In this document: one piece after another, positions 27,248-38,635 of the stretch
Numbering within the stretch: the stretch's first letter is position 1
How the letters are laid out: each line of letters starts with the position of its first letter
NCBI GenBank assembly: GCA_902462065.1
Contig: CABQAK010000004.1
Location: 16,396-80,395, forward strand
From: an uncultured Collinsella sp.
GTDB taxonomy: Bacteria; Actinomycetota; Coriobacteriia; Coriobacteriales; Coriobacteriaceae
DNA: 64,000 nucleotides
Direction of reading: 5' to 3'
Notes under the pieces: model-generated
What the model was told of the DNA's origin: nothing
Seen by the model: only the letters and a program-made list of their open reading frames with translations
Databases searched by the model: none
Translations under genes and position numbers: made by a program

Positions 27248-27348
27248 GGACGCCCCGGTCTTGAGACGACGGTGGGTATGATAGCCGCTCACACGGCATC
27301 AGGCAAGTAAATGGCGCGGCAGCCCCGCAGGGTCACCGCGCCGATGCG

Positions 27349-28962
<1,614 letters not shown>

Positions 28963-29106
28963 GCGGATCCTTTCTTGCATTAAGTGCATTACGTCGATGT
29001 AATCGTACTATTGTAGCCGCGAAATATCGGCATAGGGCACCTATCAGGACAAATTCATCAGTTGGGGCCTAGGGTAGCAGTCGATGGCGACACTCCGCAG
29101 CAGTTT

Positions 29107-29346
29107 GTCTCGATCCGTAACACCTAGACGGTTTTTGAACCTCTACCTGTTACAGATTTAGACAAACAGGTGGACGTCCCAGAAAGATCTCGGTCTGTAA
29201 CATCTGGCCACTCAAAACGGGTCCATCTGTTACAGATTGAGATATAAGGATAGACGGGCGGCCAATGTCTCGATCTATAACATCTAGCAGCCAAAATCTT
29301 CTCCAGTTGTTACAGATTGAGATGAATGAACGAGCGGACAATCCCT
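29107..29346. repeat. Three 80-bp tandem units carrying six phased dyad sites
   Basis: The core TCTCRATCTGTAACA occurs forward at 29109, 29189 and 29269. It occurs inverted (tgttacagatt[tg]aga) at 29149, 29229 and 29309. The centre-to-centre spacing is exactly 40 bp, and the sequence between sites is not conserved. Confidence 0.85.
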
Positions 29347-29362
29347 ATTTACCTCTTGCATA

Positions 29363-29387
29363 ACTGTATATAGTGTATATATACTGT
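29363..29387. promoter_or_regulatory. AT-rich near-palindrome, a candidate YtrA-type operator and promoter
   Basis: actgtatata gtgta tatatactgt (10-5-10, one mismatch), 47 nt upstream of the GntR start. Confidence 0.4.
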
Positions 29388-29433
29388 GCTTACCGGTTAT
29401 ATACACGTGTAGCCCATCAGCTAAGGAGCCGCT

Positions 29434-29814
29434 GTGGACATCATCCTATCCAATTCGAGCGACAAGCCCATCTACGAGCAGATATCCTCGCAAGTCAAAG
29501 CTCAAATCCTTTCGGGCACGCTCGCTGCGGGAGCAAAACTCCCCAGCATCCGTGCGCTCGCGAGCGACCTAGGCGTGAGCGTCATCACCACCAAGCGCGC
29601 CTATGCCGACCTGGAGCAGCTTGGGTTTATCTGCACCGTGCAGGGCAAGGGCTGCTTTGTCGCCGAGGGCAACCAAGAACTCTTGCGCGAAAACCAGCTC
29701 TGCCATATCGAAGAGCTGCTTGCGAAAGCGGCAAGCCAAGCCGAAGTCTTGGGCGTCACGCGCGACAAGCTGCACGAAATGCTCGACCTGGTAGCCCCCG
29801 AAACCATGCAGTAG
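29434..29814 (+). CDS. GntR-family regulator, YtrA subfamily (short effector domain)
   Basis: 126 aa. PIYEQISSQVKAQILSGTL..G.KLPSIRALASDLGVSVITTKRAYADLE is the GntR wHTH. GTG start 5 nt after aaggag. Confidence 0.85.
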   Translation: MDIILSNSSDKPIYEQISSQVKAQILSGTLAAGAKLPSIRALASDLGVSVITTKRAYADLEQLGFICTVQGKGCFVAEGNQELLRENQLCHIEELLAKAASQAEVLGVTRDKLHEMLDLVAPETMQ

Positions 29815-29837
29815 CCATCTGCAAGAAAGGCTATACC

Positions 29838-30719
29838 ATGCAAAACTTGCTAGAACTCAAAGGCATCTCACGCCGTGTGAGCGACCGTTTTTCGCTGCGT
29901 GATGTCACGCTCGCTGTGGAGCCCGGCCAGATTGTCGGCTTTGTGGGTGCCAACGGTGCCGGCAAAACAACGACGATTCGAGCCGCGCTTGGGCTTATCA
30001 AACTCGATGCCGGCGAGGTGCACCTGTTTGGGCAGCGCTGTGGCGCCGACGCACCCGGTGAAGCGCAGCGCTGCTTGCGCACCCGTGTCGGTCTCGTGCT
30101 GGACACGTGTCCTTTCCCTTCCACACTCAAGGTGACCGAAGTTGAGGCACTCGTAAGCCCGGCGTACCCCGCCTGGATCCATGGCACCTTCACTAGCCTC
30201 ATAGACCGATTTGGCCTCGATCCCAAGACAAAGGTCAAGGACCTCTCCCGCGGCATGGGCATGAAACTTCAGCTTGCCTGCGCACTCAGCCACAAGGCCA
30301 GGCTGCTCGTTTTGGATGAAGCCACCGCGGGCCTCGACCCCATGGCACGCGAGGAGCTGCTCGATGAGCTGCTTACCTTTGTCGCCGACGGCCAGCACAG
30401 CGTGCTGCTCTCGAGCCACATTACGTCCGACCTCGATCGCGCTGCCGACCGCGTCATCTGCATCGATAACGGCTCGATTATTTTTGACCTGCCGCGCGAG
30501 GACATTACCGACCGCGCCGGCATCGCCCACTGCACCCAAGCACAGGCCGCCGAGCTTATGGCTTGCGTCGAAGGCGCCCGTGCCGTCCACCACGCCTATA
30601 GCGTGGACGTGCTCGTGCCCAACCGTTGCGAAACGCTCGAGGCCTTCCCCGAGATTCCCTGCGATCGGGCAACCATTGATGACTACCTGCGCCTCACGCT
30701 GAAAGGGGCTTCGAAATGA
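29838..30719 (+). CDS. ABC transporter ATP-binding protein
   Basis: Walker A GANGAGKTT, signature LSRGMGMKLQLA, Walker B LLVLDEATAGLD. The ATG at 29838 follows agaaagg. Confidence 0.85.
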   Translation: MQNLLELKGISRRVSDRFSLRDVTLAVEPGQIVGFVGANGAGKTTTIRAALGLIKLDAGEVHLFGQRCGADAPGEAQRCLRTRVGLVLDTCPFPSTLKVTEVEALVSPAYPAWIHGTFTSLIDRFGLDPKTKVKDLSRGMGMKLQLACALSHKARLLVLDEATAGLDPMAREELLDELLTFVADGQHSVLLSSHITSDLDRAADRVICIDNGSIIFDLPREDITDRAGIAHCTQAQAAELMACVEGARAVHHAYSVDVLVPNRCETLEAFPEIPCDRATIDDYLRLTLKGASK

Positions 30720-31414
30720 AACGCGCCTTTATGTCCGAGCTCGCCATCGCTCGCTCGCTTATTCCGAGCATTGCAGGCGTCGGCCTGTTCATCTTCGTCG
30801 TGCTGACGCTCGCCAACGCGTCGGATGGCGATTCCGGTATGAGCGCCGGCGCCTGCGCCGTCAGTGCCATGTCACCCATCATATTCATGAACTCACTGGC
30901 CGGTTTCGACAATCAAAACGGTTGGGAGCGCTATCGCGCAACGCTGCCTCTTTCTCGTAAAGACATCATCTGCGCACGCTACCTGAGCATCATTGTCTTT
31001 TCGGCTGTCATGGCGTGCGCCGCCGCGCTTCTGAGCGTCGTCTCCTTCCCGCTCTTCAACAGCGCGGGTATTCCGTTGACGGGACAGATCGTCTTTGAGA
31101 TTGCAATAGCCTCGGCAGCATCGATGCTCATCTCCCTCATGATGGTGTTTTTAGCACAGCCGCTGTTCTTTCGATTTGGACACATGGAGGCGCTGCGCCT
31201 ATCCGTTGGCCTGTTTGCCCTGCTCGGGTGCCTTGCCATGGCCACGCTGAGCTCCTCCAACCCCATTAGCAACTGGCTCATGTCCATTGCCGGAGCGAAT
31301 CCCGATCCCGCCGTCCTTGGCTGCCTGTGTGCAGGAATTGCCGTACTGGCGCTCGCACTATGCGCAATCAGCTGCACCGTCAGCACCAAGGTTTATCGAG
31401 TACGCGATCTGTAA
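30716..31414 (+). CDS. ABC-2-type permease-like membrane protein
   Basis: 232 aa with six hydrophobic segments. Its start overlaps the ATPase stop (ATGA). Confidence 0.65.
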   Translation: MKRAFMSELAIARSLIPSIAGVGLFIFVVLTLANASDGDSGMSAGACAVSAMSPIIFMNSLAGFDNQNGWERYRATLPLSRKDIICARYLSIIVFSAVMACAAALLSVVSFPLFNSAGIPLTGQIVFEIAIASAASMLISLMMVFLAQPLFFRFGHMEALRLSVGLFALLGCLAMATLSSSNPISNWLMSIAGANPDPAVLGCLCAGIAVLALALCAISCTVSTKVYRVRDL

Positions 31415-31541
31415 TCGACGGCTAAAAAAGCTTAGGTGGTACCCCGCTTATTTTTTCAACGAAACGAGGCGGCATAGCGTCACCACCGCCCTTCACAGCA
31501 GGCCGTCTAGCTCTTGGCAACCAAAAAGACACCGTCAGCAT

Positions 31542-31727
31542 ATCGAAGGTGAATACTTTTCCGAGAAGTGAACGAGTAAAAACAGCGCCCTGTAGCATCG
31601 ACATTTTTAGGGACTCAATTCCTGCGGTTTTTGTCTAAGAATCCTGCAGTTTTGTTCGAAAAAAGTGTGCATGTTCCAGGGGTCCAGATTTACTCGTTCA
31701 CTTCGCGGAAAACCATTCACCTTCGAT
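31542..31727. mobile_element. MITE-like 186-bp hairpin element (family M, copy 1)
   Basis: 39-bp terminal inverted repeats: atcgaaggtgaatacttttccgagaagtgaacgagtaaa pairs with tttactcgttcacttcgcggaaaaccattcaccttcgat. The centre carries the tandem tcctgcNgtttt motif. It is homologous to 48457-48639. Confidence 0.6.
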
Positions 31728-31864
31728 TCGAGCCTTAACCAAATGCCCTCTCGAACTATGGCCCCTGTCTCACCACAGCGATATCAAAGCTTCATGGCGG
31801 GACGGTATCATCGGACGAGCGCCGTAAATCTGGCGCGGTCGTTCTTTGGGGAGGCATTTCACCC

Positions 31865-32740
31865 GTGTCGTGGGTCGCAACAGCATTTGTGTCGGCTTTC
31901 TTTGCCGGCGTCACATCTGTCCTGGCCAAATGCGGCATCAAGCAGACCGACTCCGATGTCGCGACGGCCATTCGCACCTGCGTGGTACTCGTTTTCGCCT
32001 GGGCAATGGCGGGCATTTCTGGATCCATTGGAACCATCGGCAGCATCGAACCCAGATCTTGGCTCTTTCTCGTCCTCTCGGGACTCGCTACCGGTGCTTC
32101 GTGGATCTGTTACTTTAAGGCGTTGGGCATCGGAGACGTCAATAAGGTCGTACCGGTCGACAAGATGAGTACCGTACTCGCTGCACTGATCGCCATCGTG
32201 CTTTTTGGCGAGACGAGCAACCTTGCGGTTAAGCTCGTGGGAACTGCTGTCATCACCCTCGGCACGTTTTTAATGATCGAGAAGAAGCAGTCTGCCGGAC
32301 CCGAGCAGCAGCAAGACCGGACCTGGCTCGCTTACGCCCTCGGTGCCGCCGTGTTCGCGGCGCTCACGTCCATCCTTGCCAAGGTTGGCATCGAAGGCGT
32401 CGAGTCCAACCTGGCCACGGCAATCCGTACCTGTGTGGTACTGGTTATGACATGGGCAATCGTGGCAGCTAAAGGCAAGATGGGCCAAGCCGTGCACGTA
32501 GACCGCTGCGAACTCGTATTTCTCGCAGCATCGGGCATTGCGACCGGAGCATCGTGGCTGCTCTATTACTACGCCATCGCCACAGGCCAGGTGAGCGTCG
32601 TGGTGCAGATCGACAAACTATCGATTGTCGTATCGGTACTATTTGCGCGCCTGGCATTCAACGAAAAACTCTCACGACGCAGCGCCATCGGTCTCGCTCT
32701 CATCGTCCTGGGCACTGCAGCGCTCGCAGTTTGGAAGTAG
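31865..32740 (+). CDS. EamA-family (DMT) transporter
   Basis: 291 aa with two homologous five-TM halves (AIRTCVVLV.. occurs twice). GTG start after ggggagg. Confidence 0.75.
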   Translation: MSWVATAFVSAFFAGVTSVLAKCGIKQTDSDVATAIRTCVVLVFAWAMAGISGSIGTIGSIEPRSWLFLVLSGLATGASWICYFKALGIGDVNKVVPVDKMSTVLAALIAIVLFGETSNLAVKLVGTAVITLGTFLMIEKKQSAGPEQQQDRTWLAYALGAAVFAALTSILAKVGIEGVESNLATAIRTCVVLVMTWAIVAAKGKMGQAVHVDRCELVFLAASGIATGASWLLYYYAIATGQVSVVVQIDKLSIVVSVLFARLAFNEKLSRRSAIGLALIVLGTAALAVWK

Positions 32741-32755
32741 CGCGGCCAGCAGCCG

Positions 32756-33547
32756 CTACATCCTCACACCTGGCTTGGGATGCCTGTACTGACCGTGGGA
32801 TGCCGTGCGCTTACCGTGCGAGATGGCAAATTTGGGACAACAGTGCAGGCAACGAAGGCAGGCGGCGCACTCCGGCTTTGTCCAGACGGGAAGGCCGTCG
32901 CGCATCTCAATCGCCGCCATGGGGCAGCGCTTGGCACACAGGCCGCAGCCGATGCAGCGATCGGCATCGACGGCAAACTTGCTCGTCTGTTGCATGCGCG
33001 GCAGCCCAATTGCGTGATACGCGCACGATGCAAACAAAGGCACGCGATGGCGCATCATGTTGCCCGTGCGGCGTGCCCGCACCGCCTCGATCACGGCATC
33101 AATCTGCGCCTCGGCAGCTCTATTGATACCCTCAACCTTTTGAGGGTCAGACAGGTCGAAAACAGGCGTCCAGGTATCGGGCATCTTGACGCTCATCGCC
33201 GCATCTAACTCGAGCCCACGCTCGTGTAGCAGATCGCGGGCAAACTTGGCCGATTGGCCGGTCGTCGAACCGTACGTCGAAACATAGAACGTATAGGGGC
33301 GCTCGCCGCCCTTTGTACTTGCAACAATCGACAGGTCGGCAGTCTTCAAAAACTCGATCATCGGTGTCGGCAGACCCCAGGCATACACCGGAGCAACAAA
33401 TCCCAGTTGGCGGGGACCTTCCGCCAAGGCAAGGCGAAAGGCCTCGGCATCAAAACGCTCAATCGACATAACCCTGTCGTCCGTCGCCGCCGCAATGCGA
33501 CGCGCCACATGCTCGCTGTTCCCTGTCGCGCTAAAGTACAGGATCAT
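32756..33547 (-). CDS. Flavodoxin-like domain fused to a 2x[4Fe-4S] ferredoxin domain (EFR1-like)
   Basis: MILYFSATGNSEHVA flavodoxin N-terminus and C-terminal CIGCGLCAKRCP ... CAACLRCLHCCP. The track start at 33838 adds 97 Arg/His/Gly-rich residues. Confidence 0.8.
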   Translation of the reverse strand: MILYFSATGNSEHVARRIAAATDDRVMSIERFDAEAFRLALAEGPRQLGFVAPVYAWGLPTPMIEFLKTADLSIVASTKGGERPYTFYVSTYGSTTGQSAKFARDLLHERGLELDAAMSVKMPDTWTPVFDLSDPQKVEGINRAAEAQIDAVIEAVRARRTGNMMRHRVPLFASCAYHAIGLPRMQQTSKFAVDADRCIGCGLCAKRCPMAAIEMRDGLPVWTKPECAACLRCLHCCPKFAISHGKRTASHGQYRHPKPGVRM

Positions 33548-33582
33548 CTCGTACCCCTGGAGTTGACTCGCGATTAACCGCG

Positions 33583-34872
33583 CTATTTGCGCAGCGGCTT
33601 GGGCAGTGGAATGCCGGCGGCGATGACGGCGGCGATGATCATGCAGACGATACCCTTGAGTGGGAAGCACATGAGCAGCAGGCCCACGACCATGACCGGC
33701 TGACGCATGACCGCACCCATCGTCGATGCCGTGCAGACGGCGACGCAAAAGACCGGATCTGCGCCGGTGAGGATGGCAAGGCCATAGCCCAAGCTTACGC
33801 CTGAGAAGATAACCGGGAAGAAGTGGCCGCCGCGCCAACCAAGGTTGATGAGGGCGGGCGTCAGCATGGCCTTAACAAGACCGGTCGCGATAAGCACGCC
33901 AGCGGGAATGGTCAGGTAGGTTTCCATGAGCACGTCGGCCTGAGTCTCGCCGGCAAACATGGTGTAGGGCAGGACCGTGCCGCAGATGGCGAGCGCCAGA
34001 CCGGCTAGCATGGCCTTGACGACAGGACGCTCCCCTATGGCATGGGCAAGCGCTTCGCTCGCGTGCTCAGAGACAAAGTACAGCCAGCCGCAGATTGTTC
34101 CGATCAGCGACAGAGGAATGAGCCAGGTAAGCTCCAGATTGCCTACCTCGGCGGCCTCGAACCTGGGCATGCCCATGCCGCCGCCCACAAGCTGGCCAAG
34201 CAGCAGGTAGGTGCCCAGGCCGCCGGCAATCGCGATGCCGTAAACCACGGTCTTTTGCGCCTTGGGCAGCCTGATGGTGATCTCGTCGGACGCAGAGCCC
34301 TCGTCGCCGTCGGCGCTACCGGCAAGCGGTGCCACAAAGCCAAAGACGGGCGCGGTAAAGAGCGCCGTCAGGGCAGCCTGGGTACCCAGCAGCGTAAGCT
34401 CCCTAAACTCGGCGCCAAAGCGACGCATACGGTCGCCAACCCAGCTGCACAGACCCGCGATAACGCCGGTCAGGCCGGCCTCCGGTCCAATACTTCCGCC
34501 AAACAGCAGCGGCAGCAATGCCGCGAGCGAAAGCTTGCCCAGGTTGTCGTACGGGTAGCGCCCGTCTTGCTTAACCTTAGCCATCACCTGGTTGAGGTCA
34601 TCGGTCTTGGTGCCTGTCATCTTCTCGTACAGACCAATTAACAGACCGCCCAGCAAGCAGACAAAAAACGGGTACGGCAAAAAGCCAAACGGGCCGCTGG
34701 CAAGCTCGGGCGAAGCGACGCCCAGCGCGTGCGGAATCTCGGTCCACAGATAGTCGATACCGTGCTCCATCGCAAAAAAGAACAGCCAGACCGCGGCACC
34801 TGCGAACGCACCGGTCACGGCAACGCTAACTAAAAACAGCGCGCGGTTTGTGGGTTTGGCAAGGTTATCCAT
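33583..34872 (-). CDS. ClC-family chloride channel / antiporter
   Basis: 429 aa and polytopic, with the ClC-like GGSIGPEAGLTG and GGHFFP motifs. Confidence 0.8.
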   Translation of the reverse strand: MDNLAKPTNRALFLVSVAVTGAFAGAAVWLFFFAMEHGIDYLWTEIPHALGVASPELASGPFGFLPYPFFVCLLGGLLIGLYEKMTGTKTDDLNQVMAKVKQDGRYPYDNLGKLSLAALLPLLFGGSIGPEAGLTGVIAGLCSWVGDRMRRFGAEFRELTLLGTQAALTALFTAPVFGFVAPLAGSADGDEGSASDEITIRLPKAQKTVVYGIAIAGGLGTYLLLGQLVGGGMGMPRFEAAEVGNLELTWLIPLSLIGTICGWLYFVSEHASEALAHAIGERPVVKAMLAGLALAICGTVLPYTMFAGETQADVLMETYLTIPAGVLIATGLVKAMLTPALINLGWRGGHFFPVIFSGVSLGYGLAILTGADPVFCVAVCTASTMGAVMRQPVMVVGLLLMCFPLKGIVCMIIAAVIAAGIPLPKPLRK

Positions 34873-34997
34873 CGGGTCCTCCCGCGGTCAAAGTCGACAT
34901 AGTTATGTTTTATTGTAGAGCGAGCGTTGCCCGAACGAGCTAACCGTCTGCGCCGCAAACGGCACCATTGGGAGCCATAGTGGGACAGGCTCAAGAC

Positions 34998-35531
34998 TTA
35001 TCCGTTGATAATCGAGGCAATCTCGCGCAAATCGTCGGCAAAGTAAATGCCTTGCTGGCGCTGCGGGCTCGATAAACCCTTATCGATCATGTGCCCGAGC
35101 AGCGCCTTGAGATCGTTGTAGTAACCGTCCAGGTTATACAGGATGCACGGAGCACTCAGGTGCCCCAACGACACCGCGGACATGACCTCGGCAATCTCCT
35201 CGAGCGTGCCCGTCCCACCGGGAAAGGCGATGAACGCATCGCCGAGCTCAATCATCTTGGCCTTGCGCTCCGCCATATCGCTCGTCACGATGAGGTCGTC
35301 GATACCGTCATGTTGAAACTCGGCCTCGATAAAAAAGCTCGGCTCCACACCCGTCACGTGTCCGCCAGCATCGAGCACGCTATCGGCGAGCGCGCCCATC
35401 AGGCCCGATTTGGACCCGCCGTATACCAACGCGTGTCCGTTGGCGCCAATCCAGTTGCCCAGCTCCTGCACCGCGGGCAGAAACGCCGGGTCATTGCCGG
35501 CACTGGCACCCAGATACACGGTGATATTCAT
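34998..35531 (-). CDS. LOG-family (TIGR00730) nucleotide phosphoribohydrolase
   Basis: YGGSKSGLMG and PGGTGTLEE motifs. Confidence 0.85.
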   Translation of the reverse strand: MNITVYLGASAGNDPAFLPAVQELGNWIGANGHALVYGGSKSGLMGALADSVLDAGGHVTGVEPSFFIEAEFQHDGIDDLIVTSDMAERKAKMIELGDAFIAFPGGTGTLEEIAEVMSAVSLGHLSAPCILYNLDGYYNDLKALLGHMIDKGLSSPQRQQGIYFADDLREIASIING

Positions 35532-35567
35532 ATTCAGTCCCCCTCATCGTGACGCACGGCGCCCGTT

Positions 35568-35993
35568 CTAGCGCTGGCGTCGACGATACTCGCGCACGCG
35601 ACGCGAAAGATCGGCAAGCTCGTCACGATCGAGCTCTTCCAAATGCTCCAGATCATCCATAAAGCGCGCCATGGTGTCCTTTTGACGCATCTTGATAAGC
35701 GTATTGCAGTAGTTCACCGCCACGCCCGTGAGCATGGCGATGTAGAAGATGCTGATGACGCTCAAGACGACGGTAATGGCGCGGGCAACCGGCGTTTCGG
35801 CCGGAATGTCACCAAAGCCGATGGTCGAGACCGTCTCAAAGCTAAACCACAGGCCATCGCCAAACGTGAGGGTCGTGGGCTCGGACAGCCAGACGGCCGT
35901 CGAGCACAGCAGATAGAAGACGAGGAACAGCTCCGTAATGCGCACAAAGCCCGCCTGGCGCAACACGTCGGCAAGCGTCCTGAGCTTTTTCAT
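35568..35993 (-). CDS. Two-TM potassium channel
   Basis: TIGFGD selectivity filter between two hydrophobic helices. ATG at 35993. Confidence 0.8.
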   Translation of the reverse strand: MKKLRTLADVLRQAGFVRITELFLVFYLLCSTAVWLSEPTTLTFGDGLWFSFETVSTIGFGDIPAETPVARAITVVLSVISIFYIAMLTGVAVNYCNTLIKMRQKDTMARFMDDLEHLEELDRDELADLSRRVREYRRRQR

Positions 35994-36184
35994 CGCGACC
36001 CCTTCCACGGACAACCAATCACGTTCGCTCGGTATTGTCCCACAACCGTCAGTTAGGGACGTTCCTTTTGTGCCGGCAGAAAGGGACTATCCCCAACTGC
36101 CGGGCGGAACCGTTTAGCGGTGCCGCTGCCGGCTGGGCAGGCTGAGCTGGTATCCTTATGCGGTAATGTCTCGATTCGTTAGGA

Positions 36185-38635
36185 TTGCATGTGAGAGCTG
36201 CCACTGTCCTTCGTTCAGTTATATGTCGCACCCTGGCCGCCGCGCTTACCGCGCTCGCCGTACTGAGCGCCGTCGCGCCCGCCCCTGCCTTTGCCGCCGA
36301 CTCCGATCAGCAGGTCAAAACGGTCCGCGTCGGCTGGCTCGTCAACAACGAGGGCTTCCAGGACGGCACCCCCGGCGAGCGTCTCTCGGGATGGGGTTAC
36401 GAGTACCTCCAGACCCTGTCGTACTACACGCCCGGCTGGCGGTACGAATACGTCTCCGGCACCTTCACCGAGCTTATGGACATGCTCGAGGCAGGCGAAA
36501 TCGACCTTATGCCTAACATCTCCTACTCCGAGGAACGCGCCCAAAAGCTGCTCTTTTCCTCGAACCCCGAGGGCACCGAGCGCTACTACATCTACGCCAA
36601 GCCCGATCGCGACGATCTGGCCAAGGGCGACCCCCAAGCGCTCCAAGGCCTTACCATCGGCTACAACCCCGACGTTATGCAAACCTTTGTTGGCCGGCAG
36701 TGGCTCGCCAACGAAGGCATTACCTGCACCTATAAAGAAATCGACACTGGCGGCGCCCTCTTTGACGCGCTCGCAAACGACGAAGTCGATGCCGTCATCA
36801 TGAACGACACCATTTCGTCGCCCGATGCGTCGCCCATGTTCTACGTTGGTTCGAGCGACTACTACTTTGCCGTCCCCAAAAGCCGCCCCGACCTAATGGA
36901 CGACATCAATGCCGCCATGTCGGCAATCGCCCGCGTCAACCCACGCTATATCGACGAAGTCAAATCTAACTACTCGGTCAAAAACAGCGGTTCATCATCG
37001 CTCAACGGCCCCGAACGTTCCTGGCTCAAAGCAAATGACAACACCATCACGCTCGGCTACATTACGGGCAAACTCCCCTACTGCAACGAAGACGAAAACG
37101 GCGAAATGGAAGGCTCGCTCGCATCGTTTGCGACGACGTTGCACGATAAATTTGGCATTACGGTCAAAACCGTCGCCTTTGATAGCTACAAGATGATGTC
37201 AAAGGCTCTGTCAAAGGGAAGCATAGACGTTGCGCTGCCGGTATACCGAGATTACTGGGTTGCCGAGCAATCAGGCGTTGTGCAGTCGGCATCGTTGGGG
37301 ACCGTGTCCCTCACCGCCATCCACACCGGCAGCGACCTGAACAAAGACCTTCAGAACATCGCCTGTACCAAATCATCGTTTGTCAACAAAAATGCACTTG
37401 AAAGCCTGTTTCCCACAGCGACCGTGACCGAATACCAATCCGACGATGAAGCGTTCGACGCCCTCAGGAAGGGAACGGCGCACTGCATCCTCGCTCCCAG
37501 TTCACGTGTAAAAACTATCGGCGACCGTCATGATCTCAAGGACTACGAGACGGTCGAGCTCCCTGACACCTGTGAGCTCTCGTGCTGGATTTCGCGCGGA
37601 AAGCCCGAGCTGCTGGGAATCATCAACAAGGGCATCATCAATGCCGGAGAATCGCTCTCCGCAAGCAATTACTCCTCCACGTCGTACACGACCCAGGAAT
37701 CAGACACGCTTCAATTCCTTTTTCGCAACCGCACCGCCATTGCCGCTACCCTCATCGGTATGTTATCGGTCGGCATCGTGCTGCTCATCTGGGCGCTCGC
37801 GCGCGCTCGAACCGAGCGCAAAAAAGCCGATGCCGCCAACGCCGCTAAGACGGCATTCCTCACGCGCATGAGCCACGACATCCGTACACCGCTCAACGGC
37901 ATCCTGGGCCTTATCGAGATCGAGGAATTGAAGGAAGGCGATATCCAGGTCGCCCGTGAGAGCCGTGCCAAGGCGCGCGTTGCCGCCAATCACCTGCTCT
38001 CGCTGATCAACGACATCCTCGAGATGGGCAAAATCGAAGATCGCAAGCTAACACTGGAGCATGCGCCTTTTAACCTCAAAGAGCTCTGTGACAATACGCT
38101 GGTTCTGTGCAAGCTCCGCGCGTCCAGTAACGGCATCACCATGCAGGACAATAGTCTGCCGTACGCCACAGGGCCATACATGATCGGCAGTCCCACCCAT
38201 ATCCGACAGATCATGATCAACCTGTTAGACAACAGCATCAAGTACAACAAACGCGGCGGAACAGTCACGTTCTCGTCGGCCGCTAAGTCGCTCGACGACG
38301 AGCACGCACTGTTTTGCTTTAGCGTCTCGGATACCGGCATTGGCATGACGCCTGAGTTTTTGGCGCACATTTACGAGCCGTTCGCCCAAGAAGGCGACGA
38401 TGCGCGCAGCAAGTTCCAAGGAGTCGGCATAGGCATGCCAATCGTCAAGTCGCTTATTGAACTGATGGGCGGCACCATCGAAGTAACCAGTGAGCTCCAT
38501 GTGGGCACCTCGTTCTACGTGGAGATTCCGCTCGATATCGACAAGAACCCCCAGGCGCGGGCGAATACGGTCGAGAGGGCGCTCGACTGCTCGCTCGCCG
38601 ACATGAACGTCTGCTCGCCGAAGACAACGAATTGA
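36185..38635 (+). CDS. Sensor histidine kinase with two periplasmic solute-binding (SBP_bac_3-like) domains. This is the N-terminal part of a frameshifted hybrid kinase.
   Basis: Signal peptide, two SBP-like repeats, a TM segment, the H-box MSHDIRTPLNGI, and HATPase motifs (DNSIKYN, DTGIGM, GVGIGM). The reading frame breaks at about 38611. Confidence 0.8.
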   Translation: MHVRAATVLRSVICRTLAAALTALAVLSAVAPAPAFAADSDQQVKTVRVGWLVNNEGFQDGTPGERLSGWGYEYLQTLSYYTPGWRYEYVSGTFTELMDMLEAGEIDLMPNISYSEERAQKLLFSSNPEGTERYYIYAKPDRDDLAKGDPQALQGLTIGYNPDVMQTFVGRQWLANEGITCTYKEIDTGGALFDALANDEVDAVIMNDTISSPDASPMFYVGSSDYYFAVPKSRPDLMDDINAAMSAIARVNPRYIDEVKSNYSVKNSGSSSLNGPERSWLKANDNTITLGYITGKLPYCNEDENGEMEGSLASFATTLHDKFGITVKTVAFDSYKMMSKALSKGSIDVALPVYRDYWVAEQSGVVQSASLGTVSLTAIHTGSDLNKDLQNIACTKSSFVNKNALESLFPTATVTEYQSDDEAFDALRKGTAHCILAPSSRVKTIGDRHDLKDYETVELPDTCELSCWISRGKPELLGIINKGIINAGESLSASNYSSTSYTTQESDTLQFLFRNRTAIAATLIGMLSVGIVLLIWALARARTERKKADAANAAKTAFLTRMSHDIRTPLNGILGLIEIEELKEGDIQVARESRAKARVAANHLLSLINDILEMGKIEDRKLTLEHAPFNLKELCDNTLVLCKLRASSNGITMQDNSLPYATGPYMIGSPTHIRQIMINLLDNSIKYNKRGGTVTFSSAAKSLDDEHALFCFSVSDTGIGMTPEFLAHIYEPFAQEGDDARSKFQGVGIGMPIVKSLIELMGGTIEVTSELHVGTSFYVEIPLDIDKNPQARANTVERALDCSLADMNVCSPKTTN

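Noticed and set aside
29107-29346. The repeat array as a CRISPR array, oriC/DnaA-box cluster or parS site
   Set aside because: The repeats are only about 15 to 21 bp and alternate in orientation, and no cas genes are present. The core does not match the DnaA box TTATCCACA or the parS sequence TGTTTCACGTGAAACA, and there is no dnaA or parAB context.
31422-31604. Small ORFs running through the MITE-like elements (31422-31604, the 5' part of 31665-32168, and 48463-48684)
   Set aside because: Their peptides are mirror images of each other (..FTRSL.GK.FTFD..), an artefact of translating an inverted repeat. They have no RBS.
34873-34997. Fluoride (crcB-motif) riboswitch upstream of the ClC gene
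   Set aside because: The leader has a superficial AAUGGUGCC segment only. It lacks the conserved GCUGAUG..CCUAC 3' half and the pseudoknot partners.
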